From: Phoronis australis
Taxonomy: Eukaryota; Animalia; Phoronida
Direction: 5' to 3'
Length of the DNA stretch: 64,000 bases
NCBI GenBank assembly: GCA_002633005.1
Contig: NMRA01000010.1
Span: forward strand, 985,252-1,049,251
Shown: positions 48,691 through 61,234 of the stretch, one piece after another
Layout: every line of letters begins with the position of its first letter
How positions within the stretch are numbered: the stretch's first letter is position 1
Program-made: the position numbers and the translations under genes
Notes under the pieces: model-generated
Told to the model about the DNA's origin: nothing
The model's input: the letters and a program-made list of their open reading frames with translations, nothing else
Database searches by the model: none

Positions 48691-49435
48691 CATATAAATT
48701 AGCAAGCTTCAATCCGACGCCAATGCTAAATAAATACACAAAAGTATGAAAGTGTCCAATAAGTATGCGAGTCGTCTTTTTCGGAATATCGATCCTTCGG
48801 ACTATGGGTTCTTCAGGCTATCAACCCTTGGTACAACAGGCCCTTTGGACTAATGAGACAAGGTGATTTCATTTCGAACTTTCGGCTCTTCGTACTATCG
48901 AACCCACTTTCAACTACCTGTAGTTTTTGTTTTTCGTGTGCGTTCAATGGTACACCTGGATCTCAAAGAAATGTTTTGAGCCTGGTTACAGCCATTACGT
49001 TTAGCTTATCCAATGACGCGTCGCCTACCATATACGCCTTTCCAACAGTGAACTTCAAAATATTACCCATACTGCTTTGCGTGACCGGTGGCGCTATCCT
49101 AGCCAATGATTTATGAACTACTATCAACAATGTGACCGGTTCTGCTCAAATAGGGCCAATGGTGGCTTTTCATTTCGTACAAGAATATATACTGCTGGAT
49201 ACCTTAACAAGCTCACGCAGAGAGCTCCTACAACAGTTATTCACACACACAAAACATATGAAGAACGGACGCAAAGGCCTTAGGTCACCTCATATGCAGT
49301 CACCGGCCAACAAATCCTGACTATGGTGCCTGGACCGAACATACATTTGCGTGACAAGGCAAAATATCACACCAATGTGTTGTTTTGCGATGACTAACTC
49401 AACACATTTGTTAGAAAGGGGAGTCAGGCCAAACA

Positions 49436-50145
49436 TCAAGCAAGAAAATAACCAACGTTGGATAATCCGTAAATCTTTTTATACGGAACGTCGATTAATT
49501 TCTTCGTGTAAATTCGTGTCATTTGCAGGGCAGGGTTCAGTTCCAGGTCTTTGTTCAATTCGTTTGCGTCATCGTTTGTGAGTGGAGACGTAATGATAGC
49601 TTGCTTTCCATTATTAACGATGGATGGAGAAACGGCGGCAAGGAGCGATTTGGCGATGATCTTGTCGTCGGCAAATAAACAAATTTCAGTGAATAGTCCA
49701 TCATAGATACGAACAAGGCCCACGATAACAGTGTCCCTCAAACAGACAAAACACTGTCCTTTTGGATCATCTAAAAGCAGGCGCAATATCTTTGGTCTCG
49801 GAACTACGTGAATGGACGAATCATACCACAGCATTTGGTCAAATGACACTTTGCGGTGCGGAACAATGTGATATTCTGAAGGCGGTCTCCAGCTCTCAAG
49901 CACCGTAAAGTTCGTTGCGTCGGCCATATGAAAAGCTACTTTGAACGATTCAATAGGAGTCACGAATTTCTTCAAGTTGGCAAGTCCGTTCGGCACAATG
50001 TTGGAAACAAGGTTACGGTTTCCAAGACGAGCTAGGCGATACTCTGCCAGTTTCTTCGCTATGCCTTTTCTTCTGTAGTCTTGGTCAACTGCCAACAGAT
50101 TTAGGAATCCTATATCATCTGTGAACGCACAGCCTTGTGCACATC
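49436..50145 (-). CDS. Coding exon 2 of a GNAT + YitH-type tandem acetyltransferase (298 aa total)
   Basis: Acceptor cttcttttag|GA at 50145. It contains acetyl-CoA motif A (LAVDQDYRRKGIAKKL) and a C-terminal domain with YD..IH..PR, LFADD..IA..LL and RIYTK. 710 nt, phase 1. Confidence 0.88.
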
Positions 50146-51690
50146 CTAAAAGAAGAAGTTAGCAACGTTTGAAACTTTAGATAGCAGAAGTGAAAAGATT
50201 CACGCTGAGTGTAGTCGATATAAAATCCCATTTTTTGATGAATATGTTACAGATTCGACGCCTCTACTGTACACAGTATTAGTTAAAGACTCGATGCTTC
50301 AAATGTAGGCCTATATAGTATTAATTCATTCTACAGCTTCATGTTAAGGAGTTGCCAATCACTATTCTACTAAAACATTTTTTCTGCTGGCGGAAACGAC
50401 GCTGTGATGGCCGGCGCGCAAAGTTAATTCCTGCACATCAAATGCTCAAGTACGCATGTTGTACAAGGGCAAAACCGGATTTTAACCCTATATTGAACAA
50501 CATCAACAGGGACAGGGTCTTGTCTCACTAAAATGTCGTTAATAAACGACCCCTGCCCATCACGAAGTGAATCAGTGTGTCGCCATAATTAGAAGTTAAG
50601 ATTTTTTACATGCACGTAACCTTAAAAAAGAAAATTCTTGTGCAGGTGAATCAAACTTATTTACAAACTCAGCATAGCATAATCACCAGCTAATGAAATG
50701 CATCGGTTCAATCATTTCTTGAGAGAGGCATTTTTGCAAAAATAGCTCAACAACGAACCCAATGACCTCTACTAATTTTTATCATAGCAAACTTGTGAGG
50801 CATGAAAATAAAGACATTAAAGAGAAAAACAAACGGCGTGACTTTTGTGTTAAAGCCAAAACGCTTAAATTTCGAAATACTGGAAGCCACCGGTAACAGT
50901 TACCCTGGTGCAAGAAAATTAGTAAATCGGGAAATATGATTAGAGTAGTTAAAATTTAGAAACTGACACCGAGCAACGAAATTACCCCGTGTTCAAAAAA
51001 ATTCCTCAATCGTTAATTTCACTAGAAGTGGCTTTCAGTAACCCGTATAAATTTCACTTGTATGACAAGGAGTCCTATGTATGAGTGGCTGTAACGGAAA
51101 AAATCGGTGATTCCAGGGCTTTTACAGATTCTTTTGTAAGGCAAATACCAAAATACAAAAAATAAATTCAACGATAAAATAAAATTGTTTCGAAAGCCTT
51201 CAATTTGAGGTCAGCCCTAAACGGCTGTAGCGAAACAGTATCATCGAATTTGAAAACAAAACAATGTAAAGACAAAATATTTGTACGAAAGTGCAAAAGC
51301 CTGCTTTTCAAGTGGAATTCAGGTCAACTAGCTGTCATTAATTTTAATTAGGCGTCGGTAAAGTTTTGTGGAATTGGAGTTTCTTTAGAAATGCTATTCA
51401 AAATTTTCCATTCGACACCATGCGTTGAACACAATGCAAAATCCTTATAAGGTGAGGGATGGCAGCAGAAGCGGTTCCAACACTATGGGCAGATGGTGTG
51501 TGGAAATGGACTGACGCTAGGCACGCTCTCCGGCGAACGAGCACTCATTTGTCTGGCAGTAATCCAAACGCGCAGGAGCAGGTGATATAACACAATAACC
51601 CTAAACCTATTGTTGGACCTGCGCCGGGTTGGGACGTTTTACATAGTGTACACGATTTTTGACAATTTTTTTTCTCTTAATGATTCATAC

Positions 51691-51877
51691 CAACGACTTT
51701 CGATATGCCGTTCTCCTCAATCTCTGCCACACACAAACTGCCTGGATCAACATCCGTATGGAATTTCAAATAGTCAGTCGACTCAGTCAGCAGGCCCGAG
51801 TTGATTAATATTCGCGACATCACCGGGAAGTCATCTGATCGAGCTTGTCGAATCGTCACAGGCGAACGAGCACTCAT
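51691..51877 (-). CDS. Coding exon 1 of the GNAT + YitH-type acetyltransferase
   Basis: MSARSPVTIRQARSDDF...DPGSLCVAE...KVVG. Donor G|gtatga at 51691 and upstream acceptor ttttgtttcag at 51886. The 187 nt join exon 2 in frame (G+GA = Gly). Confidence 0.85.
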
Positions 51878-52084
51878 TTGTCTGACCTGAAACAAAAAAT
51901 GAAAAAATCGATATCTTCACAAAAGGCGTCTACTGAAAATGACGAAACTTTATTAGATTTCATATGAAGTGTGACGAGGTCACGGTTATTGTGTACATAC
52001 ACACGTTTACGAGACCTGGGTCGGGGTCTTATCTCTGTAACTCGACTCTAAAATTGCACGGAATGCATTAACTAAATTTGTACA

Positions 52085-52215
52085 GCACATGTTACCTGTC
52101 TCGGGCACACAGATGGTCATTGATGGCGAGTATTCGTCCATCTTGACACTACTGCACATGTTACCTGTCTCGGGCACAGTCGTCATTGATGGCGAGTATT
52201 CGTCCATCTTGACAC
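52085..52215. repeat. Tandem duplication of ~65 bp
   Basis: 52085-52149 and 52154-52215 are nearly identical (gcacatgttacctgtctcgggcac...gtcattgatggcgagtattcgtccatcttgacac). Confidence 0.9.
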
Positions 52216-52689
52216 ATGAGATGCAATGAATTCTACCTATCAATTCCATCTTTACGCCATTAAAGTGGCTTGTGTCTTCAAATTCAGCTTTCAACAAGCC
52301 AACATTTGTTATCGTTTGGAGAAGAATATTGACGTCAGAAACAAATGAACTCTAAGGACAGGTTCTGCTACATGTATATTCAACGATTCAGCCTGTTTCT
52401 CCACATTTTATTTACCTTGACGACAATATCGCAAGGCATATATGTCCAGAACACACCCAGAGATGGGTGTTTGGCACGACATGTCCAGTTCGCTGGAAGG
52501 CTCTCATAACATATTGTGCAGCGAGATTCTGCAAATTTCTAGTCTGAGCTTGAGTTGATTCTGAGCTCGGATATAAGACCCTGGACTCAGTCTGAATAAA
52601 TTAATTTCGCGTGCGGCAAACCAAATATTGGGATAAATTAAACTCTTTAAGCTATTGCGTAACTACTGCACTTAATTGCCGTTGTCGCA

Positions 52690-53110
52690 ATGGCAACCCA
52701 TTTCCTATTCCAAACTTCACTCTTGCGACAAGAACTGGATAATAGCAGTTGCTATTATGGATCAACACAGCCCAGCTACACTTGTATGCTTGAGAGGTCA
52801 AAGACCTGCAAACAAGTTGTAATGTAGTACACGTATGTGTACATAGCCACTGAGCACAGACAACAACTCGGTAGATCCGGTGAGTGTGCAGTATACGCGA
52901 CTGTTGCAATAGGGCTGTCCCGGATTACGCAGCGATAGAGCCCCGCGTTCTCCCTGGGGTAAGAAAGTGCGTAACCTCGTTTTGGAAATCACGCATATTT
53001 CCGTGTTTTCATTGCTGCCGGGAAGGCGAAGAATTTCAGATCAGACATCCAGTCAAATTTTCTCACGTCGGAGTAGCAGCCCACAGCGCAGTAGAAATAC
53101 TTCGATGGTA
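52690..53110 (-). pseudogene. Degenerate THAP-like domain, probable transposase N-terminus
   Basis: PSKYFYCAVGCYSD....LKFFAFP then TRL..F..G.....RNP across frameshifts. Confidence 0.45.
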
Positions 53111-56100
53111 GTTGGAAGGAGGAGTAGAGTAAATAATCCGTGAAAACTTGTAAAGAATCAGACAACAACAAATAACATGTGAAATTCCAGAGGCACGAAA
53201 ACGAGGCTGTAAATGTGCCTGACGGATATTTACACTATTGCGGGTAAATACAGCGAGGTTGTGGTGTCGCTGTGTAATCCGGGACGGCCCTGTTAGTCAC
53301 GGCTGGGCCTCCATGGAAATGCATACAATGAGGGAAGCTGCGACACAAAGAGGTAATAAACCCATGGTTGCGTCAGTGTCAAATTTCAAGTTTTTATCTG
53401 GGCCATCTTGTTCCTTAACTCAAATCAGAAACCATGTACAAATCATTAGAACAGACACGTCGTTGTAGCTTCAGACGAGGCTCGTGAAGATCCTTGTCAC
53501 GACAGGGATTCTTAGGTAATTGTCAGTTACAAAGGTCCCACACCTTGATAGCCAACATCCCCACGAAATAACGGGCTTCATATCGGTGACTACTGCCATT
53601 CCTAGAAGCAGTTGTTTAACCCAACACGTAAGCCTCAAGCAGTTCGAGCAAATTTCCCATGTTGTCGAAAAAGCATGTCTTTTAGAATAAAAGCTCAAAA
53701 CCTATATATTTAAAAAAACTTCGGTTGATCGCTGTTGTTGGAAACGAGAAAAATTGGTTGTGACAAAAATAGTCCACGTGAACTGATACAGTTTTCATCA
53801 GATGTGCGCAGGTCGCTCAACCTGGTCCACTATACCAAGCACCTGAAACCACGTTTTTGTTTATTTACATATACATGTAATACTTATGCACTGATTAATA
53901 CGTAGTTGAGTTAGAGACCTGACCCATGGGTCTAGCAGTGGGTCCAAACCGTCTAATGTTGCATACCTTTGCTATAAAAGGGCTCAACGGGATAGAAGCA
54001 GTGAGCTGCTTCATAAAAGGAAAATAAGTAGAACGCTTCAATCCGCTCATTATGCTGTCTAGTACAGTATTTAGTGTAACGCACGAAGAAATGTTACGTC
54101 AGTAAAGCATGACGTTTTAAGTGTAATGTACTGGCGTAATAACTTCGTCCTGTTCGCAGGTTCCTGTATCCTTATTGATTTTACGTCAGTGTCTTCTCAT
54201 TATCTGTTATCTTCTAATAAAACGGTCGCTTTATTCAAAAGGGAACTAACGATGTCGGAAATTAATTGATATAATTGAACACCTTCGTTAAGAAAGATAC
54301 CAATCAAACTACGAAAAATGCATTTTTCATATTTTATGATTACACAAATATGTTACACTCACAAGCATACAATGTTCTAACACTTGAATTCACGCGGTTG
54401 TTTTTCTTCTTAAAGTGCTATTTTTCAGCGATACTGTAACAACGTTCACTCTCGAGAAAAGATTCCCTCGAAACTTGCTAATTATGCTGATAATTTACTA
54501 GTGTCAGCTACAATTAATTTCGGTTCGGCTGACATTTAGATCAAACTGAAGAATCCAGTGTTATTAAAACCATCGGGAGTTTTCATTTTGGACAACCCAC
54601 TGTTAAACTGTACATGGGAAACGGTTTAAGTCCGTGAAAAGTCGCAGCAATTTCGTGAAAAAATAACGATAGTAGATAACAAAACGAGAGAAGTGACCAC
54701 AAATGTCCGTTTATTACTTTCGTCACCCAGTAGGTTCCTGTAACCTAAACGATTTCATATTATTTTACCAGGTTTGCTTTCTGTATTTTAAAGCTATTTG
54801 AACTCATATACACGTGAACTTGGAATCATGGGTTTTCAATTACTTCGACTAGACGCAACAGAATTTAAATTTAAAAGGCTTGAGAGCTGTGTTAAAACTA
54901 TCATCAGTTTCCAAACTGCCAATTGTATCGATACCGATACCTACTTTATCTATATTAGGACGCTGTGTCTATACATTGTCAATAAAAGGAAAACTTTATT
55001 TTTCTCGAAGGCGTTCTTAACCAATTCGGTATATTTTACTCACTATAAAAGGCACTGCGCAGCCGGCCTATATTATCAAAGGTCACCAGTCTGTTCTTAA
55101 CTAAGAAAGGCGTAATTTTGTTTTCAATTTGCACACAGTTCATTGAAACGTGGTTCATGAATATAAACAATTATAAGCTTTACGTCAGTTCAATAACAAC
55201 GTTTTCGCTCTTTTAAAAAACACGAAGTCGCGTATGCGATGACGTGCTTACGACGGCAGTCTCTAGACTAACAACCGTTGATACAAACAGATTCTTGTGT
55301 TATTGAAATGACTGAATGAGAATATCATCGATGCTCAATAATAGTTATGTTCTTACCGGCAGCCTCACAAGGTGTCCTCCCACGGTCTGCGCTAGAGCGC
55401 GAGCAGTCAAACGTTGAAGCATGTCGAGGTTTAAAATGAAGCTGGCAACGGCAACGCGAGGAGAAGTGTTCTGCGCTGGCTTGGGGGAAATGTTCGCGAA
55501 GTATGTCACAGGGTGTGCGCAAAGTACTGGTACTGGTTATCTCTGCACAACACGCTTGTCAGTTATTAGTGCTGGTTTTGGGGTTACATGCTTGAATGCA
55601 AGGAATGAATGTTTGACTGGTTGATTTTAACAAGGAATACTGAAAATTCACATACACGGCGACATTAAACATGAAACATGAAACTAAAGGCATACTGTAG
55701 AAGACGACAATCCATGAGAAAACAAAATGTGTATAACCATCCTAGCATCAAAACGTGAGACACTTATTACTGTCATGATGCCTTTCAAGTGGCGTACAAA
55801 ATAAAATGGCGTTGAAAACAAGTTGATGAAATGTACCAAGAAATCATAAATTATCTATAAACGAATAATACAAATATTGAAACAAGGACACTTCAAGAAA
55901 CTTAAAAAATGACACTAGAAATAATTAACATTGAATTGTCCTAAGCGGATGGCGTTTAATCAGAGAGAAAGAGTTTCCACACAAGAGATTACAAGAAAAC
56001 TAGAGCTTTGTTGAATGAAGTAAGACTGTGTATCTTTATAGCTGAATAATATTTAGGTTTTTTGTCATGAATAGCTTGTGACAGATTTTTTTCAATACCA

Positions 56101-56357
56101 ACTTTGAGACACAATAACAGGGCATCATACGCACATACGTGAAGCTTACAATACATAGCACATGATGACCTTATGTCATACACTGTATAAACAAGGGACC
56201 TGTAGTGTTTGAGGGATATATGGAAACAGATATGAGACTAAGACGTTTGTTTAATTCGTATTAAATGCATTTGTCTTAAATTCTTTGATGAAAACTTTCC
56301 ATTCGCTTCAAGTGTCTTGATTTTATTGGAATCTAACCAGTGGTGGGTTTGGGGGGG

Positions 56358-56760
56358 GGGGCAAGGGGCCATGACCCCCAAAAACGCTCCCACATTCTCA
56401 TTACAGCGTCCTGTCGTTCAGTAACTTTTACAGACGTGAGGGGTGCTCACGTGCGATGATATCTGGCTTAACTTAACTTGCATTTTTATCAGCTAGCCCA
56501 CCCCAGTCAGGCTAGATACATGTACGATCTGATCGGAGATTAGAGCAATTATCAAACAAAAGAGGGCAGCCCCTCCAATCATCAACGCCAGAATGGAGTT
56601 AACTGGCTGCGGGGGGTAAACTTCCCAACTTGCTGTTGGGCTATACAATCGAACAAGTTGGGAGCAACGGGATGTCGCCGTCATGATTTGGCTATTACGG
56701 GATGCCACTGTCTGACAGGCAAAATCCTGGCTAATACTCTGCCCACTAAAAATCCTGATA
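56358..56760 (-). mobile_element. hAT-like MITE of the 7715/8328 family carrying a nested ~200-bp dispersed repeat
   Basis: The ends match 8328-8486 (aaaatcctggctaatactctgccc). The insert at ~56495-56692 matches ~38223-38410. Confidence 0.6.
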
Positions 56761-58081
56761 AGTGAAAGAGCCTCACTGAGTTTCTGTTTGTCGCAGTGGT
56801 GTCATCGCCGACCTACTGACCCTCATGAACGTTGTCAGTTTGGGTCAGTGATAATGATAGAGTTACATGTAGCTGTCTCGCCGCTAAAAAAAATCTAACC
56901 CCAATTCGCGTGATTTCTTTTTAAAATACGGGGCACAGTCACGCGTAAGCTCGCTAAGTCTTAGTTGTTTTCTAGCGAGATCCTAGCGAAGTCCTAGCGT
57001 TCTTGAACTCCACCCGGATCTCCTTCAGTTCTCTTGCTTGAAGTCAGTTGTCCAAAACAAAGTAAGCATTTATGTCAAAGGCTACAGGACTGAAAAGAGA
57101 ACTTAAAATGAACTCAAACATTAATTACAGATATCTTTACTACACTAAATTACAAATAAATAAGTAAACAAAGACCCCTTATCACGTGAGTTGACCTGCT
57201 TTGATTGTATTATACACGTGTTCGTGTCTCTGTCCAAGTACTGACAAATTCAACTTTATTTTCGTCAGTTGCATTCTGTAACCTTGTTTAGTAAAACCTC
57301 AGATACCGGAAAAACATGAGCTGACAGTGAGTTTGAAGCAACGAATTACGATGCAGTTTTCTGACCGTTGTATTTACCCAATTCATTATCACCCTGTAGC
57401 CTTAGTTAGCAAGGCACGCAATAACTGCTGTGGCTGGGGTCATGCCTTAGAGACCTCTATCACTGTTCTCAATAACAAAGCAAACAACTAATACAGATTA
57501 GTGCAACCAGGCGCGAATTCAAGCAGATTTGTAATAACACTAGACTACTAAGTTACTCTCGTAAACTTCAATTTATCGCAAGCAAAAAAGGATCGATAAA
57601 CGGCTCCTGATCATGGCTTTAGAAAATTCTCAAGGGTATTGTTAGAGTGGTGTCAAAGGTTCGTATGCGACAACCCCAGTCTGCCCGCAAACACATGTAC
57701 GATTCTACACGCGTAGTGGCGTTCATGCCTAGAGTGTTACTCTGCATATTGTTGCTTGTTGCAGATTTCTATCAACTTGATCGAAGCATGCTAGCTACTC
57801 GTTCAATTAATCACGACTTGTGTCCAGGGAGAGCATGCATTCGTTATAGGAAAATGTAGTCGGTCGCCGAGGGAGTCCGGCACAGCACCAGCCCTTAATT
57901 CCTTTACAAAAAAACAAATGTCGACGGAGAAACCGAATATCCGCTCTTTTTGTTGGTAGATTTACACGAGTCGCCTCCCCGTATTGAGACATGGTAGCTT
58001 TCCTCTCGGTAGTAATAGAAATGAATTACGTAGTATTTTGTACGTGGCACGTGGAGAGGACAATAAGGAATCACGTACCCA

Positions 58082-61000
58082 TAGTCGGTGGGCCAGAATT
58101 TGTAGGGCCTCTAGAAAATGGTTTTTGTGAGTACTTTAGGGGGGCAATTTTATTTTGGTGTTTTTTAATTCATTTATTAGAGTGTTTTCAAAATCTAAAA
58201 AGTTCCCACATATAAAGTTGCACATTTTTGAGAAATTTGAGTTTGAAGTTACCTAATAATCACCAAAGAGCTTAGTAAACTTATATTTGTAAAAACAACA
58301 GTTTTGGTGACTTTTTTGTAAAACAAGTAATATGGTCCCATCAGTGCCATTGTATTGAACAATATTACACTCACATTACATGTTTTACTATTGTAGATTA
58401 ATTGTAAACAGTGAAATTTAAGAAATGTAAAGAGAAACCTAGTGGCAAAAATGCAAACTAAGTCTGGATGTTACAGGAAGTTATTCTGGCATTGTCTGGC
58501 AACAAAAATAACACAAAACACTTGAGACTGGGCAAAATTTGTGCCTCAATGACTAAATCATTGACTAATAGTGTAAAATACAATTTGTTTGCATAATACA
58601 CCAGAAATACGTTATAGTACAAAAACAATATAGTTGAATGATCTCTGTCAATGTGCACAAAGACTGTATGAAATTAATAGATTATTCTGGCAGCGTTTAT
58701 CAAGCAGTATGAGACAAATACATGACAATGATCAAATTATGTACTTTCTGTGACTTAATCAACAAATAAAATTAACTTTTTAATACAAAAAACGAAATAA
58801 CGAGGTTGGAGGTCTATTTAGGGTTGACTTGTCAAAGAACTATCCAATGTTATGCAGTCAGTGTTGCTGATGTTACTACAGTTGTCACAGCTGCACATTT
58901 CTGTACAGTTTGACCCAGCATTGCAGCACAAACTCAGTTTCCCAGCACACATGTTCTTTTTGCACTTGCAGCGTTCATCGTTTAGTACTGTCAATGGAGA
59001 TGCGGTCATTGCCATACATATTAACTGCAAAGCTCCACCGCCAAGGAGCCAACTATGGTCGATTAGAGAGGGTACAGCACTGCACACTGGTGATTAGCCC
59101 GCAGGCAATGAAGGGTCAAACACTAAGTCCTTGTTTGGAGGCGGGCACTATTTGGGCAAACGTTTGATTCAAAATATGTTATAATGGGCTGTGTTAATTA
59201 GAGTCAGCAAGTGAATTATTGAACACTAGCCTCAATTCACTTTCGTATCTCTTAGTCGGGCACAAACTACAACAGTGAGTAGCTTCAACAATATTTCTTA
59301 AGATTGCCTGTCCAAATAACTTCATGCACACCAGCTTTCTGAAGAACAGCTTCAAAGTCTTGCTTTAGTTTTGAAAGGCAAATGACATCTCCATGTGCTA
59401 GAAGCTTTCATTCAATGAACTCCAAACAAAACTGTAGAGAAACATCTCTGAAAACTGTGGGTGGATTCGTCACTCTTCACAATCTTTGTCTTTCTATTTT
59501 TATAGCATGATGATCTGTGGTACTTGGCTTCTAAGACACAAGGTCTTTATCTTTGAATTTCATTTGCATATTCAGGGCTCTGGACTGAGCTGTTGCTTGA
59601 GATACAAGTCCAACTGAAAAAAACCCGAACTGTTAACACTAATTTAACATTCAACTATGAGTGAGTTGCCATGCAACTTTTTCAGACGGACTTATCAGGA
59701 ACTGATCCACCACCAGCCTAACAAATTTACATGCCGTCTGATCTGTCGCCTAAAAATGTTGATCGTCTAATAATTAGATTAGTTGATGCAACTGAAAATA
59801 AATCAGCTGATATACCAGTGCCGTGATTGAAATTTAATGTTTTTAAATCAGATGCTCAAACCATAGTCAATCGATTTACACTTAAAGTAATCGACGTTTG
59901 ACGAAATGGACAGTGGCTTCCATCGTCCTCAAATAACGAAAGCGACGATGGCCTCTTAGGCACTTTAATATAATTATCATTGCAGCTACCTAAGTAATTA
60001 GTGTTTACAAAAAATTGAGAAGAGGTTCCCCCTATCCCAGGACTACCACGGCAGGGGATGACGGTCACTTGGGAATATTGTTTGCAACCATCTACTCCAT
60101 TTAAGCTTCTCAAAAATTTTTGACTCAAAGTGCTTTAAAATCACAACCACAGTATAACGCCATATAATTATCCCTTAGCGCAAGCAGTGTCGATGTGGCA
60201 ACTGAACAATGGAGTGTTTGAAAAGTAGGATTGCAGGAGTATTTGTTAACGACCTCCTCAGAGACATCTCTCTACGCGGTACTTCTAAACTTATAGGAAC
60301 ATAATTTGCCGAAAAGCATCCGGCATATGGAGGACCAATGGTATGATCACCGTCTCTACTGGGTCAGCGGTACTTTCTAAGGCCTAGGCAGCCAAGGGGC
60401 TGAACAAGTTAAAAAAACAACTGGTGATAATATTGAAACACACCTGGAAAACACCAAGATGTACCTTTCAAAAACACGTACCTGTATTTGAAAGCTATAT
60501 TTCTTGCTCTTTCTTGAAATATGATCCATAATATACTTTTCCTGCTAACAGATGATGCACTCATGTTTCAGAATGTTCCTATCTTGTTCAGGTTAACTTG
60601 GTGTTTCAGATATTGGAAGTATAATTGATTTTCTTGGGAAATCTTGGATAACATCTGTATCACTTTCACCAACTTCAGCTTTAGTACTACTGCTGGTGCC
60701 TTGAAACGTTGCTATGCCGTTCTATGTCCTTTCAATTTTTTGGTCTGACACTTGGTCTTCTAGTCTACAGCACTCAGCAGTATACTGTGTAGGCTATACC
60801 AGGACATGCAGCTGTTTTCTTCACAAACGTTTGTGACACCTCTTCTTCTTTTTTATCTACTGATCTACAGAGTTCCACAGTCCATCAGATTTCGTCAGGA
60901 AGCTTTCCTAAGCTTCTTTAGGCTCTGGCATCACAATTTTGTGCTGTTTGATAAACCTTGTATTATACAGGCATCACACTCCATGGGAGCAGCCATATTG

Positions 61001-61234
61001 AAGTAACTGGCTCTCTGATTGGTCAATTCAAAAGAAAAGTGCCACCAAGTGGCAGGAATATGCATCATATTTTGTGCAACAAAAACACCTTTTTTTTAAA
61101 AAAAATGTGCAAGTGTAGACGTGGGAACTTTTTGGAATTTGATTTATAGGTATATTATCTAGCCACATAGAAAAAACTAGGCCCCCCCAAAGTACTCACA
61201 AGGATGAACGCTATGAGATCTGGCCCACCGACTA
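58082..61234 (-). mobile_element. Academ DNA transposon, internally deleted and decayed
   Basis: Perfect 16-bp TIR tagtcggtgggccaga / tctggcccaccgacta with further imperfect homology (tgtgagtacttt..gggggc), and a 3-bp TSD CCA/CCA. A Cys-rich C-terminal finger (CKCKKNMC...CC.AG..CTEMCSCDNCSN) lies at 58818-59087 (-). Confidence 0.8.

Noticed and set aside
32550-51877. MACPF toxin plus acetyltransferase as a toxin/immunity pair
   Set aside because: The genes are 15 kb apart, convergent and separated by TEs. One product is extracellular and the other has no signal peptide, and no sequence evidence links them.
58818-59167. Metallothionein or tesmin-like host gene
   Set aside because: The Cys-rich stretch lies within Academ TIRs and fits the transposon's C-terminal finger.
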